From assembly GCF_002075285.3 (NCBI RefSeq), contig NZ_CP021983.2:4200001-4232000 (forward strand): a DNA stretch of 32,000 bases, written 5' to 3'. The position numbers and the translations under genes are program-made. This document shows positions 20,995 through 31,928 of the stretch, piece by piece. The notes beneath the pieces are model-generated. The model searched no databases. It was not told the origin of the DNA and saw only the letters and a list, made by a program, of their open reading frames with translations. Numbering within the stretch: position 1 is the stretch's first letter; each line of letters opens with the position of its first letter. The DNA is from Halomicronema hongdechloris C2206. GTDB lineage: Bacteria > Cyanobacteriota > Cyanobacteriia > Phormidesmidales > Phormidesmidaceae.

Positions 20995-22476
20995 TCACGA
21001 TTGGAGCTCAGAGGGGCTTATCTCCATCAGGGGCTGCAGCCAGGGTTTTGGAGCCAGGGTCCGCTGTTCTGCCGCCAGATCAACGCTGGGATCCACTAGA
21101 AGTTGGGGGGAACGACCGTTGAGAGACTGCATGACTCTAGCTCTCACCTCAACCCCTGGATACCCAGAACGCTCAGCCGCCGCTGCCAGGAAATGACTAA
21201 ATTGCACGATCAAATCGGGACGGCTACCGATTTTACGCGCCTGCCAACGGGCCAAATAGTCTTCTGGGGTTACCGTCCAAGCGGTCTGGCTATCGGGATG
21301 GAACACCCAAAACTCAACCTCTGTGCGTTTGCTCAGCAGCTTCATGTGCCACGAGTATTGATGACCCTCATAGGTCCAATTAACGTTGCCGGGATAGAGA
21401 AAATGGCGCAGCGGAAAGAGCAGTTGCCAGCCTAAATACAGGCCCAAGCCAGCCAAAATGGCTGAGCGTTTCATGCGGATAGGGGCCACGCGAGACATCT
21501 GTCGTCGGTTGGGTGGCCTGCCAGCTTGGACTGAATCGAGGCCTAGCCAACCACGCAGATGGGCCAGAAGCTGGCGGGGAAAAGAGGGCGGAAAGAACAG
21601 AGCCGTGGCGGCAATCATGAACCAGGGAAAGATACCAATGGAGAAGAGGCGGACATTCATCAGGTGAAACAGCACCACACAGCCAAAGGCTACCGGACGA
21701 GTGCGGCGCCATAACAGGAAGGGAGTTGCCCCCAGATCCAGGAGCAGGCCGCCATAACTCAGCAAATAGACCATCCATTCGGTGGTGAATAGATGACCAA
21801 TCACGGGAAAGTCAGTGCGGGCAGCTAGCCAAGTGCGCAGGGGTTCTCCGGCAAACCAATCGGGGTTGAGTTTAGCCACCCCGGCATAGAAATAGACCAA
21901 ACCTAATTGAGCCCGTAACAGCCATAGGGTCCAGGCCGAGGCTGCCTGGGCGGCGATCTCAGGTCGCCGTCGGGCGTCCACCGAAAAGGCTCGATGGGCG
22001 GGCAGCCAGATCATCAAAAAGCTGATGAGACAGATGAGGTAGAAATGATTCAGGTAGCGTGCCTGCTCCAGTAAGAAGCTGTAGGTAAAGCCCAGGAAGA
22101 ATAATAGGGCGCTGAGGCGATAGTGCCAGCCCACCATGATCGCCAGGGCTAGAATGCCCAAGCCTGCCAATAGAATGTACATGCCGGGACCCGGCAGGGG
22201 CGTGACCCAGTCGAAGCCGTAGTAGGTAAAGTTCATCACTGGATCGATCCAGTAACGACTGATCCAGCCCTTACTGAAGTAGCGCCAGATCTCCCACAGC
22301 ATGATGGCACCAAAGGCGATGCGGAAATAGACTAGGCTGGCAATGTCGATGGGGGTAAATAGATGTTGGATCAAATGTTGGACCAAGGGCCGAAGCCACG
22401 CCGTAGGAGATGCCGCGATGAATACCTGACGGGAATGGAGACCAGGTCTAGCCATGGGAACAGACTGAGTCAACAC
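20995..22476 (-). CDS. HTTM domain protein (vitamin K-dependent gamma-carboxylase-like)
   Basis: The N-terminal polytopic region SLVYFRIAFGAIMLWEIWRYF..W..RY.DP..NFTYYGFDWV.P..G matches the HTTM domain from memory. The C-terminal soluble part (..YSWHMKLLSKR..PDLIVQFSHFLA..SLNGRSPQLLVDPSVDL) resembles the VKGC lumenal region. Confidence 0.85.
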   Translation of the reverse strand: MLTQSVPMARPGLHSRQVFIAASPTAWLRPLVQHLIQHLFTPIDIASLVYFRIAFGAIMLWEIWRYFSKGWISRYWIDPVMNFTYYGFDWVTPLPGPGMYILLAGLGILALAIMVGWHYRLSALLFFLGFTYSFLLEQARYLNHFYLICLISFLMIWLPAHRAFSVDARRRPEIAAQAASAWTLWLLRAQLGLVYFYAGVAKLNPDWFAGEPLRTWLAARTDFPVIGHLFTTEWMVYLLSYGGLLLDLGATPFLLWRRTRPVAFGCVVLFHLMNVRLFSIGIFPWFMIAATALFFPPSFPRQLLAHLRGWLGLDSVQAGRPPNRRQMSRVAPIRMKRSAILAGLGLYLGWQLLFPLRHFLYPGNVNWTYEGHQYSWHMKLLSKRTEVEFWVFHPDSQTAWTVTPEDYLARWQARKIGSRPDLIVQFSHFLAAAAERSGYPGVEVRARVMQSLNGRSPQLLVDPSVDLAAEQRTLAPKPWLQPLMEISPSELQS

Positions 22477-22568
22477 TGGGGGGATCGACGGATTTCAGCT
22501 GAAATTGGTTCATTATCAGTGAGTCTTTGCGTAGCAAGATTCTAATCCTGCCTTTCCTATGCATTTTA

Positions 22569-23854
22569 GGGCACCTCGAAAAATAGCCAGAGCGATCTCA
22601 GTATGAGATCATAAGGTCGGTTTTGTTGAAGCACGCAGGCCATGGGACAGCAGGGATTCTGGGATATCGAAGAGCGCCAGCAAAAACTGGAGCAAAAGAA
22701 GGCGGTACTGAATCGGTTGAATCAACTGGTGCCGTGGGAGACCTTTCGTCCGATTCTGATGCAGATTCGAGAGAAACCGCGCAAAAGCCAGGCCGGTCGT
22801 AACCCCACCGATGTCCTGTTACTCTTCAAGATGCTGGTGCTGCAAAAGCTATACAACATCAGCGATGACGAACTGGAATATCAGGTCAACGACCGACTGT
22901 CCTTCATGCAATTTCTCGGTTTGGGGCTTGAGGATAGAGTCCCGGATGCAACGACGGTGTGGCTCTTCCGAGAACAGTTGCAGCAGCACGGCTTGGTGGA
23001 GGCGTTGTTCGAGCAGTTTGGAGCCTATCTGCAAGGGGCAGGCTATGCCGCCAAGGATGGGCAAATTGTGGATGCGACCTTGATTCCAGTTCCCAAACAA
23101 CGCAACACCCGTGAGGAGAACCAAACCCTCAAGCAGGGTGAGGTTCCCGTTGAGTGGCAAGAGACCCCTCATCAGCTCGCGCAAAAAGATGTTGACGCCC
23201 GATGGACGAAGAAAAATGGAACGTCCCACTACGGCTACAAAAACCACATCAATAGTGATGCCGGCTTTAAGCTCATTCGCCGTTACAGCGTCACCGATGC
23301 GTCGGTCCATGACTCGCAGGTCTTGGGCGAGTTGCTCGATGCGGATAATAGCGGCGATGGACTTTGGGCCGATAGTGCGTATCTCTCCGTGCTGATTGTC
23401 GAGGTGCTGAAATTGATAGGGTTTGAGCCGCATATAAATGAACGGGCCTATCGCAATCGCCCCTTAAGCGAGGCCCAGAAAACCGCGAATCGAGAGCGCT
23501 CCAAAACCCGTGCCAGAGTGGAGCACATCTTCGGAGATGTCGTCACCAGCATGGGTGGCAAGGTGGTGCGCAGCATCGGGTTAGCCCGTGCCCAGACCCA
23601 GCTAGGTCTGAAAAATCTGGTGTATAACCTGAAGCGGTTTGTGTGTCTCGAAACCCAACGTGCTGCATCGGCTGAACTGGCAAGATAATCGGACCTAAAG
23701 CCGGGAAATCGACTTAAACGTGGTCTTCCAACCCTATTTTTTTGTCAAAATGGGAAGCTTTTTTCGGTGGAATGTCTCGGACTCTCTTTGAGTCACCTTG
23801 ACGGTCTCAAATGAGACGCCATTAGCTAAAGAAAACTGATTAATCGAGGTCCCC
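22569..23854 (+). mobile_element. Intact IS5-family (IS5-group) insertion sequence, ~1.29 kb, with imperfect terminal inverted repeats and target-site duplication
   Basis: The left end is GGGCACCTCGAAAAAT. The reverse complement of the right end is GGGGACCTCGATTAAT (13/16 identical). Both ends are flanked by TTTAG(G), at 22565-22570 and 23855-23860, which is consistent with a 4-bp duplication. Exact boundaries are ambiguous by about 1-3 bp. Confidence 0.8.
22642..23688 (+). CDS. IS5-family transposase (DDE), full length
   Basis: The N-terminal InsH-like region is LLFKMLVLQKLYNISDDELEYQVNDRLSFMQFLGL. DDE-region motifs are IVDATLIPVP, LWADSAY and SKTRARVEHIFG. There are no internal stops. Confidence 0.92.
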   Translation: MGQQGFWDIEERQQKLEQKKAVLNRLNQLVPWETFRPILMQIREKPRKSQAGRNPTDVLLLFKMLVLQKLYNISDDELEYQVNDRLSFMQFLGLGLEDRVPDATTVWLFREQLQQHGLVEALFEQFGAYLQGAGYAAKDGQIVDATLIPVPKQRNTREENQTLKQGEVPVEWQETPHQLAQKDVDARWTKKNGTSHYGYKNHINSDAGFKLIRRYSVTDASVHDSQVLGELLDADNSGDGLWADSAYLSVLIVEVLKLIGFEPHINERAYRNRPLSEAQKTANRERSKTRARVEHIFGDVVTSMGGKVVRSIGLARAQTQLGLKNLVYNLKRFVCLETQRAASAELAR

Positions 23855-23995
23855 TTTAGGAAGATGATTAGCTAATCCTTGAAAACAAGTGGTTTATCAA
23901 AAAGAGTGTCATAAACCTTGAGCCTTAAGTCCTCTGACATCTCCATTGGGGCAGAGTCTGAGTTGGACAAGATATAGATTTTAGAGAGTAAAATT

Positions 23996-26386
23996 ATGGC
24001 ACAGCCGGACTATATCCTGTGGTTTGATAGCCTCAATAACCAAGACGTAGACCGCGTCGGTGGCAAAAATGCCTCCCTAGGAGAACTGATCAGTGGGCTC
24101 AAGTCCCAGGGAATCCAGGTGCCCGACGGGTTTGCCCTCACCGCCACTGCCTATCGGTCATTTTTAGCCGCCAACGATCTAGAACCTCAGATCCAGACCC
24201 AGTTGCGGGCCTTCAGTCAGGAGCGGCAAAGTCTAGCGAAGACTGGGAAAACAATTCGGCGGTTGTTTCAGCATGCTGCGTTTCCCCAGGAGCTAGAGAC
24301 TGCTATACGCCGGGCCTACCGAGACCTCAGCCGTCGCTATCAGGTGGATGAGGCCGACACTGCCGTGCGCAGTAGTGCCACCGCTGAGGACCTCCCCGAT
24401 GCCAGCTTTGCCGGCCAGCAGGAAACCTTTCTCAACGTCAGTGGTGACGCTGAGGTGTTGGATGCCTGCCGCCGCTGTTACGCATCGCTGTTTACCAATC
24501 GGGCCATCAGCTATCGGGAAGAAAAGGGATTTGACCATCTGCAGGTAGCCCTGTCGGTGGGGGTGCAAAAAATGGTGCGGGCCGATCAGGCCTGTGCTGG
24601 GGTGATGTTTTCCATCGATACCGAAACTGGGTTCCCCGATGTCACCCTGATTACTGGCTCCTGGGGGCTGGGGGAAACTGTGGTGCAGGGCGCCGTCACC
24701 CCCGATCAGTTCACCGTCTTTAAGCCCTTACTGCAGGAAGGATTTCGCCCCATCATCGAAAAAACCAAGGGCAGCAAGCTGCAAAAGATGGTCTATGGCG
24801 ACGACGCCGGTAAAGACACGATTCAGATTGTCGAGACCACCGGCAAAGAGCGCCAAGCCTTTGTCATCAGCGATGATGAAATCTTACAACTGGCTCGCTG
24901 GGCCGTGGTGATCGAGGACCACTACGGTCGTCCCATGGACATGGAATGGGCCAAAGATGGCAACACTGGCGAGCTGTTTATCGTACAGGCTCGACCAGAA
25001 ACCGTACAGTCTCAACGCCAGGCGGGCACCCTCAAGACCTACAAATTGAAGCAGGCTGGTGAGGTTCTGTTGACGGGGTTAAGCATTGGGGATGCGATCG
25101 CATCTGGCAGAGTCTGTCGCGTCCTCAGCACCAAAGACATCGACCAGGTGGAAGACGGCAGCATCCTAGTCACCGAGATGACCGATCCTGACTGGGTGCC
25201 GGTGATGAAGCGAGTCGCTGGCATCGTCACCGACTACGGTGGCCGCACCTGCCATGCCGCCATCGTCAGTCGCGAACTGGGCATTCCGGCCATTGTCGGC
25301 ACCGGCGATGCCAGCCGCACCCTACACTCTAACCAAGACGTCACCCTATCCTGCGCCGAAGGGGACCAAGGCAAACTCTACGCCGGGCAACTGGAGTTTG
25401 AAGCCATCGACGTCACCCTCGACGACATCCCCGCTACCCGCACCAAAATCATGATGAACATTGCCAGCCCTGCCGCCGCCTTTCACTGGTGGCAGCTACC
25501 GGTTGAGGGCATCGGCCTGGCCCGGATGGAATTCATCATCAACACCCTGATCAAAATACACCCCATGGCCCTGGTCAACTACGACAATCTCCAGGACCGC
25601 GACGCCTGGAAAACCATCCGTGACCTAACCAAGGGCTACGGCGACAAGCGAGAATACTTTGTCGACAACCTCTGCCGGGGCATCGGCAAAATCGCCGCCT
25701 CCCAATATCCCCACCCCGTCATCGTTCGCCTCAGTGACTTCAAAACCAACGAATATGCTGACCTCATCGGTGGCCGCGAGTTCGAAGGGGCAGAGGCCAA
25801 CCCAATGCTAGGGTTTCGGGGAGCAGCCCGTTACTACAGTCCCCGCTACCGGGAAGGGTTTGCTCTCGAATGTCAGGCCATCAAGCGAGTGCGGGAAGTC
25901 ATGGGCTTCGACAATGTGATTGTCATGGTACCCTTCTGCCGCAAAGTGGCCGAGGCCGATCGGGTATTACAAGTGCTGGTGGAAAATGGCCTCAAACAAG
26001 GGGTCTATAACCTGCAAATCTACGTCATGTGTGAGATTCCCGCCAATGTACTGCTAGCGGAGCAGTTTGCCCAGCGCTTCGACGGTTTCTCCATTGGCTC
26101 CAACGATTTAACTCAGTTGATCCTCGGGGTCGATCGCGACTCCGGCGAGTTAGCAGACCTCTTTGACGAAACCGATGCCGCTGTGACACTAGCCATTACC
26201 AAGGTAATCACAGCAGCTCACAAGTATGGCCGCAAGGTTGGCATCTGTGGTCAGGGTCCCAGCGATAAACCTGAATTCGCCGCCTTCCTAGTCAAGGCTG
26301 GTATCGACTCCATGTCACTCAATCCCGATAGTGTCGTCCAGGTGAAACGCCTGGTGGCAGAGCAAGAAGCTCAGCTGAGCGCCTAA
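23996..26386 (+). CDS. ppsA: Phosphoenolpyruvate synthase (pyruvate, water dikinase)
   Basis: N-terminal VGGKNASLGE, the phosphohistidine swivel motif GGRTCHAAIVSRELGIPA, and a C-terminal PEP-utilising TIM-barrel region (..FSIGSNDLTQL..). At 796 aa the length fits PpsA. Confidence 0.97.
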   Translation: MAQPDYILWFDSLNNQDVDRVGGKNASLGELISGLKSQGIQVPDGFALTATAYRSFLAANDLEPQIQTQLRAFSQERQSLAKTGKTIRRLFQHAAFPQELETAIRRAYRDLSRRYQVDEADTAVRSSATAEDLPDASFAGQQETFLNVSGDAEVLDACRRCYASLFTNRAISYREEKGFDHLQVALSVGVQKMVRADQACAGVMFSIDTETGFPDVTLITGSWGLGETVVQGAVTPDQFTVFKPLLQEGFRPIIEKTKGSKLQKMVYGDDAGKDTIQIVETTGKERQAFVISDDEILQLARWAVVIEDHYGRPMDMEWAKDGNTGELFIVQARPETVQSQRQAGTLKTYKLKQAGEVLLTGLSIGDAIASGRVCRVLSTKDIDQVEDGSILVTEMTDPDWVPVMKRVAGIVTDYGGRTCHAAIVSRELGIPAIVGTGDASRTLHSNQDVTLSCAEGDQGKLYAGQLEFEAIDVTLDDIPATRTKIMMNIASPAAAFHWWQLPVEGIGLARMEFIINTLIKIHPMALVNYDNLQDRDAWKTIRDLTKGYGDKREYFVDNLCRGIGKIAASQYPHPVIVRLSDFKTNEYADLIGGREFEGAEANPMLGFRGAARYYSPRYREGFALECQAIKRVREVMGFDNVIVMVPFCRKVAEADRVLQVLVENGLKQGVYNLQIYVMCEIPANVLLAEQFAQRFDGFSIGSNDLTQLILGVDRDSGELADLFDETDAAVTLAITKVITAAHKYGRKVGICGQGPSDKPEFAAFLVKAGIDSMSLNPDSVVQVKRLVAEQEAQLSA

Positions 26387-26587
26387 TCCTATGGCTCCTA
26401 GACGCCTTAATCTTGGCAGCCTTGCCTTGCGCGCCTGTGCCCTATGGGGACGCTGAGGGGCAGGGAAGCTGGATTGGTTCATTGGCCTTAGAGAATCAGT
26501 GTAACTCCTCTGCTATCCCGCCACCCTAGCGACTGGTAGACCAACTTACCTACCCGTAGATTACCGGCATAAGGGCACTCTTAACAG

Positions 26588-26619
26588 TCGAAAAGGATAT
26601 ATTTCGAATATTTTTTTTT
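26588..26619 (+). terminator. Weak AT-rich hairpin followed by a T9 run (possible ppsA terminator)
   Basis: TCGAAA (26588-26593) pairs with TTTCGA (26602-26607) around an 8-nt loop. ATA and T9 (26611-26619) follow. The stem is short and AT-rich, so this is tentative. Confidence 0.3.
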
Positions 26620-27293
26620 GGGAAGAGATTGTTAACTTGTTAGAACTTTGCTTACTAGAGAGTCCCGATATTCTGTAGTTTGATACTTAATCCAACTGCC
26701 TACTCAAGTTGGGCAAAGCCAAGGGAAATCCCCCTAGAGTAGCTGTCCGGTTTGAGTAGAGAGGGCGGTCATTAATGATGATGCCCCGCTGCATCTGGCC
26801 TGGGAAACCGCTGCAACGGGGCTAGCCCTCAATCTACGTCGAGAAGCTGTAGTCTATGGTAGCGCACAGATATACCTCCAAGCGGGCTGTCCCGTTTGGG
26901 TTATTTGTCTACAGCAGAGGGGCCATTGCTAGTCGATGGTCGCCCTTGATGCTAGTTCCGAACGATGGTGTTAGTTGGCATCGCCAAGGAGATCGCTACC
27001 CTAGGCTCAAGGATTCGAGAGCACCCATGGTCCTCTGGCTGTTTAGCCATTGCTGGCTGTGGGCGTTTTATCAATGCAGGGAAGCTATGTTTCCGGGACG
27101 GTCGGTTAATTTCCCCCTAGGTGCTAGGGCGGCTTACCCATCACGGTTGGTGATAGATACATAGCTTGTTCTATCTAGCTGTCTCGTGTCCAGCTATCTC
27201 GTTCTCATGCCGATACGGTGACTTACCTCGGTAAGCATCGTGCGGTTTTGCTTCCATCCACTCTGTTTTGTCAGTAGTAGAGAGGAGAGTCCC

Positions 27294-29588
27294 ATGACCA
27301 TCAGTCCCCCTGAACCGGGACGGAAGGTCAAGGTTGTGGTGGATAGTGATCCGGTAAACACCTCATTTGAACGATGGGCTAAACCGGGCCACTTTGAGCG
27401 CTCACTGTCGAAGGGTCCCAAAACAACTACCTGGATTTGGGATCTTCACGCTGATGCCCACGACTTTGACAGTCATACCAGTGATTTAGAAGATATTTCG
27501 CGCAAGATCTTTAGCGCCCACTTCGGTCACCTGGCAGTTATCTTCATTTGGCTCAGTGGCATGTATTTCCACGGAGCTAAGTTTTCTAATTATGAGGCCT
27601 GGCTGAGCAACCCCACGGGCATAAAGCCCAGTGCTCAGGTGGTTTGGCCTATCTTTGGCCAGGAGATCTTGAATGGCGATGTGGGAGGTGGCTTCCACGG
27701 TATTCAGATCACATCTGGACTATTTCAGATGTGGCGAGCCAATGGCATTACCAATAGCTTTGAGCTCTATTGCACAGCTATTGGTGCCCTGGTAATGGCA
27801 GGGCTAATGCTGTTTGCTGGCTGGTTTCACTATCACAAGAAAGCGCCCAAGCTGGAATGGTTCCAAAACGTGGAATCGATGATGAACCACCACTTGGCAG
27901 GACTCTTGGGGTTAGGGTGTCTCGGCTATGCGGGACAGCAAATCCATGTGTCATTGCCAATTAACGCTTGTCTAGATGCCATTGATGCCGGCAAGCCTCT
28001 GACCGTGGGCGGTAAGGTAATCGATTCGGTGGCGGCGATTCCGCTACCCCACGAGTGGATCTTGAATCCCAGCCTGATGACCGACATCTATCCCAGTTTT
28101 GCGGAAGGGTTGAAGCCCTTCTTCACCCTGAACTGGAGTGTCTATGCCGATTTCCTCACTTTTAACGGCGGTCTTAATCCCCAAACCGGCGGCCTTTGGC
28201 TGACGGATACAGCCCACCATCACTTAGCGTTGGCGGTGCTGTTCATTGTGGCGGGCCATTTTTACCGCACAAATTGGGGCATTGGTCACAGCTTTAAGGA
28301 GGTGCTGGAAGCTCATAAGGGTCCTGTTACTGGGGAAGGCCATAAGGGCATGTATGAGATCTTCACCACCTCTTGGCATTGCCAGTTGTCGTGGAACCTG
28401 GCCTGGATCGGCTCCCTGTCGATTCTGGTGGCTCACCACATGTATTCCATGCCCCCCTATCCGTACATTGCGACGGATTATCCCACTCAGTTGTCGTTGT
28501 TTACCCACCACATGTGGATTGGTGGCTTCTTGATCGTGGGAGCAGGTGCCCATGCCGCCATCTTTATGGTGCGGGATTACGACCCGGCTACCCATATCAA
28601 CAACTTGTTAGATCGGGTGATTCGGCATCGGGATGCCATCATTTCCCATCTGAACTGGGTCTGTATCTTCCTGGGCTTCCATAGCTTTGGGCTCTATGTC
28701 CATAACGACACTATGCGGGCCTTTGGACGCCCTCAGGATATGTTTTCAGACACGGGAATTCAGCTACAGCCGGTATTTGCCCAATGGGTGCAGAATCTAC
28801 ATGCCGCAGCGGCGGGTGGTACTGCCCCCAATGCCGCAGCAGGGGTAAGTCCAGCCTTTGGTGGCGACATCCTGGCTGTAGTCGGAAAAGTGGCCATGAT
28901 GCCCATTACCCTTGGCACCGCCGACTTCCTGGTGCACCATATTCACGCCTTCACCATTCATGTGACGGTGCTGATCCTGCTGAAAGGGGTATTGTTTGCC
29001 CGCAATTCTCGTCTCATTCCAGATAAGGGTGAGTTGGGCTTCCGCTTCCCTTGTGATGGACCAGGCCGAGGCGGTACCTGCCAGGTCTCTGGTTGGGATC
29101 ATGTGTTCCTGGGTCTGTTCTGGATGTACAACTCCCTCTCGATTGTGATTTTCCACTTCAGTTGGAAGATGCAGTCGGATGTGTGGGGCTCGGTGTCGCC
29201 AGATGGGTCGGTATCCCACATCACGGCGGGGAACTTTGCCCAGAGCGCGATCACCATCAACGGTTGGCTGCGTGACTTCCTGTGGGCGCAAGCCTCTCAG
29301 GTGATTGGATCCTACGGGTCAGCTTTGTCGGCCTATGGCCTGCTGTTCCTGGGTGCCCACTTTGTCTGGGCGTTCAGCCTGATGTTCTTATTCAGCGGTC
29401 GTGGCTACTGGCAGGAGTTGATTGAGTCGATTGTATGGGCTCACAACAAGCTGAAGGTGGCTCCTGCGATTCAGCCGCGGGCATTGAGTATTACTCAGGG
29501 TCGGGCTGTGGGTGTGGCCCACTTCCTTCTGGGAGGGATTGCCACCACATGGGCATTTTTCCTGGCGCGCATCATTGCGGTGGGATAA
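27294..29588 (+). CDS. psaA: Photosystem I P700 chlorophyll a apoprotein A1
   Basis: [38 protein letters not shown].. is a canonical PsaA N-terminus. The FX-cluster loop [12 protein letters not shown] is present. ATG 27294 is preceded by GAGGAGAG. The ORF-track start at 27240 is an upstream in-frame extension. Confidence 0.98.
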   Translation: MTISPPEPGRKVKVVVDSDPVNTSFERWAKPGHFERSLSKGPKTTTWIWDLHADAHDFDSHTSDLEDISRKIFSAHFGHLAVIFIWLSGMYFHGAKFSNYEAWLSNPTGIKPSAQVVWPIFGQEILNGDVGGGFHGIQITSGLFQMWRANGITNSFELYCTAIGALVMAGLMLFAGWFHYHKKAPKLEWFQNVESMMNHHLAGLLGLGCLGYAGQQIHVSLPINACLDAIDAGKPLTVGGKVIDSVAAIPLPHEWILNPSLMTDIYPSFAEGLKPFFTLNWSVYADFLTFNGGLNPQTGGLWLTDTAHHHLALAVLFIVAGHFYRTNWGIGHSFKEVLEAHKGPVTGEGHKGMYEIFTTSWHCQLSWNLAWIGSLSILVAHHMYSMPPYPYIATDYPTQLSLFTHHMWIGGFLIVGAGAHAAIFMVRDYDPATHINNLLDRVIRHRDAIISHLNWVCIFLGFHSFGLYVHNDTMRAFGRPQDMFSDTGIQLQPVFAQWVQNLHAAAAGGTAPNAAAGVSPAFGGDILAVVGKVAMMPITLGTADFLVHHIHAFTIHVTVLILLKGVLFARNSRLIPDKGELGFRFPCDGPGRGGTCQVSGWDHVFLGLFWMYNSLSIVIFHFSWKMQSDVWGSVSPDGSVSHITAGNFAQSAITINGWLRDFLWAQASQVIGSYGSALSAYGLLFLGAHFVWAFSLMFLFSGRGYWQELIESIVWAHNKLKVAPAIQPRALSITQGRAVGVAHFLLGGIATTWAFFLARIIAVG

Positions 29589-29699
29589 CCAGGCTCGATG
29601 TTATTGAGCTCGGGATCTTGAGAACTCGATGCTCAGAGCTAACCTGGTTCACTTCCAATGCAGATTTAAGCACTCAAACCTCAATCATCGATTTTGATC

Positions 29700-31928
29700 A
29701 TGGCGACTAAATTTCCAAAATTTAGCCAGGATCTAGCGTCTGATCCGACAACACGTCGGATCTGGTACGGGATTGCCACAGCCCACGACTTTGAAAGCCA
29801 CGATGGCATGACGGAGGAGAATCTTTATCAAAAGATCTTTGCCTCCCACTTTGGCCACTTGGCAATCATTTTCCTGTGGACCTCTGGCAACCTGTTCCAC
29901 GTCGCCTGGCAAGGTAACTTCCAGCAGTGGGTAAAAGACCCACTGAACATTAGCCCCATCGCCCATGCGATTTGGGATCCCCAATTTGGACAGTCTGCTG
30001 TTGAGGCCTTTAGCCAAGCAGGGGCTAACTATCCAGTGGATATCGCTTATTCAGGGGTATATCACTGGTGGTACACCATCGGTATGCGCACGGCTGGCGA
30101 TTTGTACGGCGGGGCGCTATTCCTGATGATTATGGCGGCAGTCTTTCTGTTCGCTGGTTGGTTGCACTTGCAACCGCGATTTCGTCCTAGTTTGGCTTGG
30201 TTTAAGAATGCCGAATCCCGGATGAACCACCATCTGGCTGGTTTGTTTGGGGTGAGTTCTTTGGCTTGGGCCGGGCATTTGATCCACGTGGCGATTCCCG
30301 AGTCTCGGGGACAACACGTGGGCTGGGATAACTTCTTGTTCACTCCACCTCACCCGGCTGGGCTCACGCCCTTCTTCACCGGGAACTGGGGGGTGTATGC
30401 CCAGAATCCAGATACGGCTAGCCATGTATTTGGCTCTAGCACCGGGGCTGGCTCGGCCATTTTGACCTTCCTAGGGGGCTTCCATCCCCAGACGGAGTCG
30501 CTCTGGCTGACGGATATGGCCCACCACCATCTGGCCATCGCCGTGTTGTTCATCGTTGCCGGCCACATGTACCGAACTAACTTCGGCATTGGCCACAACA
30601 TGAAGGAGATCATGAATGCCCACAATCCGCCCCAAGGCACTCCCTTTGGCGGCATGATTGGCGAAGGCCACAAGGGCATGTATGACACCTACAACAACTC
30701 CTTGCACTTCCAGCTGGGCTGGCACTTAGCCTGCCTCGGGGTGATCACCTCTCTAGTGGCGCAGCATATGTATTCGCTGCCCCCCTATGCCTTTCTGGCT
30801 AAGAGCTACACTACCCAGGCCGCTCTGTATACCCACCACCAGTACATCGCTGGCTTCATCATGGTGGGGGCCTTTGCCCACGGGGCTATCTTCTTGATCC
30901 GCGACTACGATCCAGCTTCCAATAGCAATAATGTGCTGGATCGGGTGTTGCAGCATAAGGAAGCGATCATCTCCCACCTGAGCTGGGTGTCGCTGTTCCT
31001 GGGCTTCCACACCCTGGGGCTGTATGTGCACAACGACGTCATGGTGGCCTTCGGTACCCCTGAGAAGCAAATTCTGGTGGAGCCAGTGTTTGCCCAGTGG
31101 ATTCAGGCGGCCCATGGGAAGCTGCTCTATGGCTTTGACACCCTGCTGTCGAATCCTGGTAGCATCGCCAGCACCGCTTGGCCCAACTATGGCAATGTCT
31201 GGCTGTCAGGCTGGCTAGATGCCATCAACAGCGGTGATAATTCCCTGTTCCTGACCATCGGTCCGGGGGACTTCTTGGTGCACCATGCGATCGCATTGGG
31301 GCTGCACACCACCACCCTAATTTTGGTGAAGGGCGCCCTAGATGCTCGCGGCTCCAAGCTAATGCCGGACAAGAAAGACTTCGGCTACAGCTTCCCCTGT
31401 GACGGTCCGGGTCGGGGCGGCACCTGCGATATCTCGGCGTGGGATGCCTTCTACCTGGCGGTGTTCTGGATGTTGAACACCATTGGCTGGGTCACCTTCT
31501 ACTGGCACTGGAAACACCTGGCTATCTGGCAGGGCAACGTGGCCCAGTTCAATGAATCATCCACCTATCTGATGGGTTGGTTGCGGGATTACCTGTGGCT
31601 GAATTCCTCCCAGCTGATCAACGGCTACAACCCCTACGGCATGAATAACCTAGCGGTTTGGGCCTGGATGTTCTTGCTGGGGCACTTGGTCTGGGCCACC
31701 GGATTCATGTTCTTGATCTCCTGGCGAGGCTACTGGCAGGAGCTGATCGAGACCCTGGTGTGGGCCCATGAGCGCACGCCCCTGGCCAACCTAGTGCGCT
31801 GGAAGGATAAGCCCGTGGCCCTCTCCATCGTGCAGGCCCGCTTGGTGGGATTAGCTCACTTCTCGGTGGGCTATATCATCACCTATGCCGCCTTCCTAAT
31901 TGCGTCAACCTCCAGTCGATTCGGCTGA
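29700..31928 (+). CDS. psaB: Photosystem I P700 chlorophyll a apoprotein A2
   Basis: [60 protein letters not shown] is a canonical PsaB N-terminus. [12 protein letters not shown] is present. There is a 111-nt spacer after psaA. ATG 29700 is preferred over TTG 29694. Confidence 0.98.
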   Translation: MATKFPKFSQDLASDPTTRRIWYGIATAHDFESHDGMTEENLYQKIFASHFGHLAIIFLWTSGNLFHVAWQGNFQQWVKDPLNISPIAHAIWDPQFGQSAVEAFSQAGANYPVDIAYSGVYHWWYTIGMRTAGDLYGGALFLMIMAAVFLFAGWLHLQPRFRPSLAWFKNAESRMNHHLAGLFGVSSLAWAGHLIHVAIPESRGQHVGWDNFLFTPPHPAGLTPFFTGNWGVYAQNPDTASHVFGSSTGAGSAILTFLGGFHPQTESLWLTDMAHHHLAIAVLFIVAGHMYRTNFGIGHNMKEIMNAHNPPQGTPFGGMIGEGHKGMYDTYNNSLHFQLGWHLACLGVITSLVAQHMYSLPPYAFLAKSYTTQAALYTHHQYIAGFIMVGAFAHGAIFLIRDYDPASNSNNVLDRVLQHKEAIISHLSWVSLFLGFHTLGLYVHNDVMVAFGTPEKQILVEPVFAQWIQAAHGKLLYGFDTLLSNPGSIASTAWPNYGNVWLSGWLDAINSGDNSLFLTIGPGDFLVHHAIALGLHTTTLILVKGALDARGSKLMPDKKDFGYSFPCDGPGRGGTCDISAWDAFYLAVFWMLNTIGWVTFYWHWKHLAIWQGNVAQFNESSTYLMGWLRDYLWLNSSQLINGYNPYGMNNLAVWAWMFLLGHLVWATGFMFLISWRGYWQELIETLVWAHERTPLANLVRWKDKPVALSIVQARLVGLAHFSVGYIITYAAFLIASTSSRFG

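Noticed and set aside
20871-21122. 83-aa plus-strand ORF with a TTG start
   Set aside because: It runs straight through two perfect hairpins and a terminator, then antisense into the HTTM gene. The RNA-structure interpretation fits better.
26856-27164. 102-aa ORF upstream of psaA
   Set aside because: It has no SD, an odd composition (W/C/R-rich) and no recognisable motif. It lies in the psaA upstream region and is probably non-coding.
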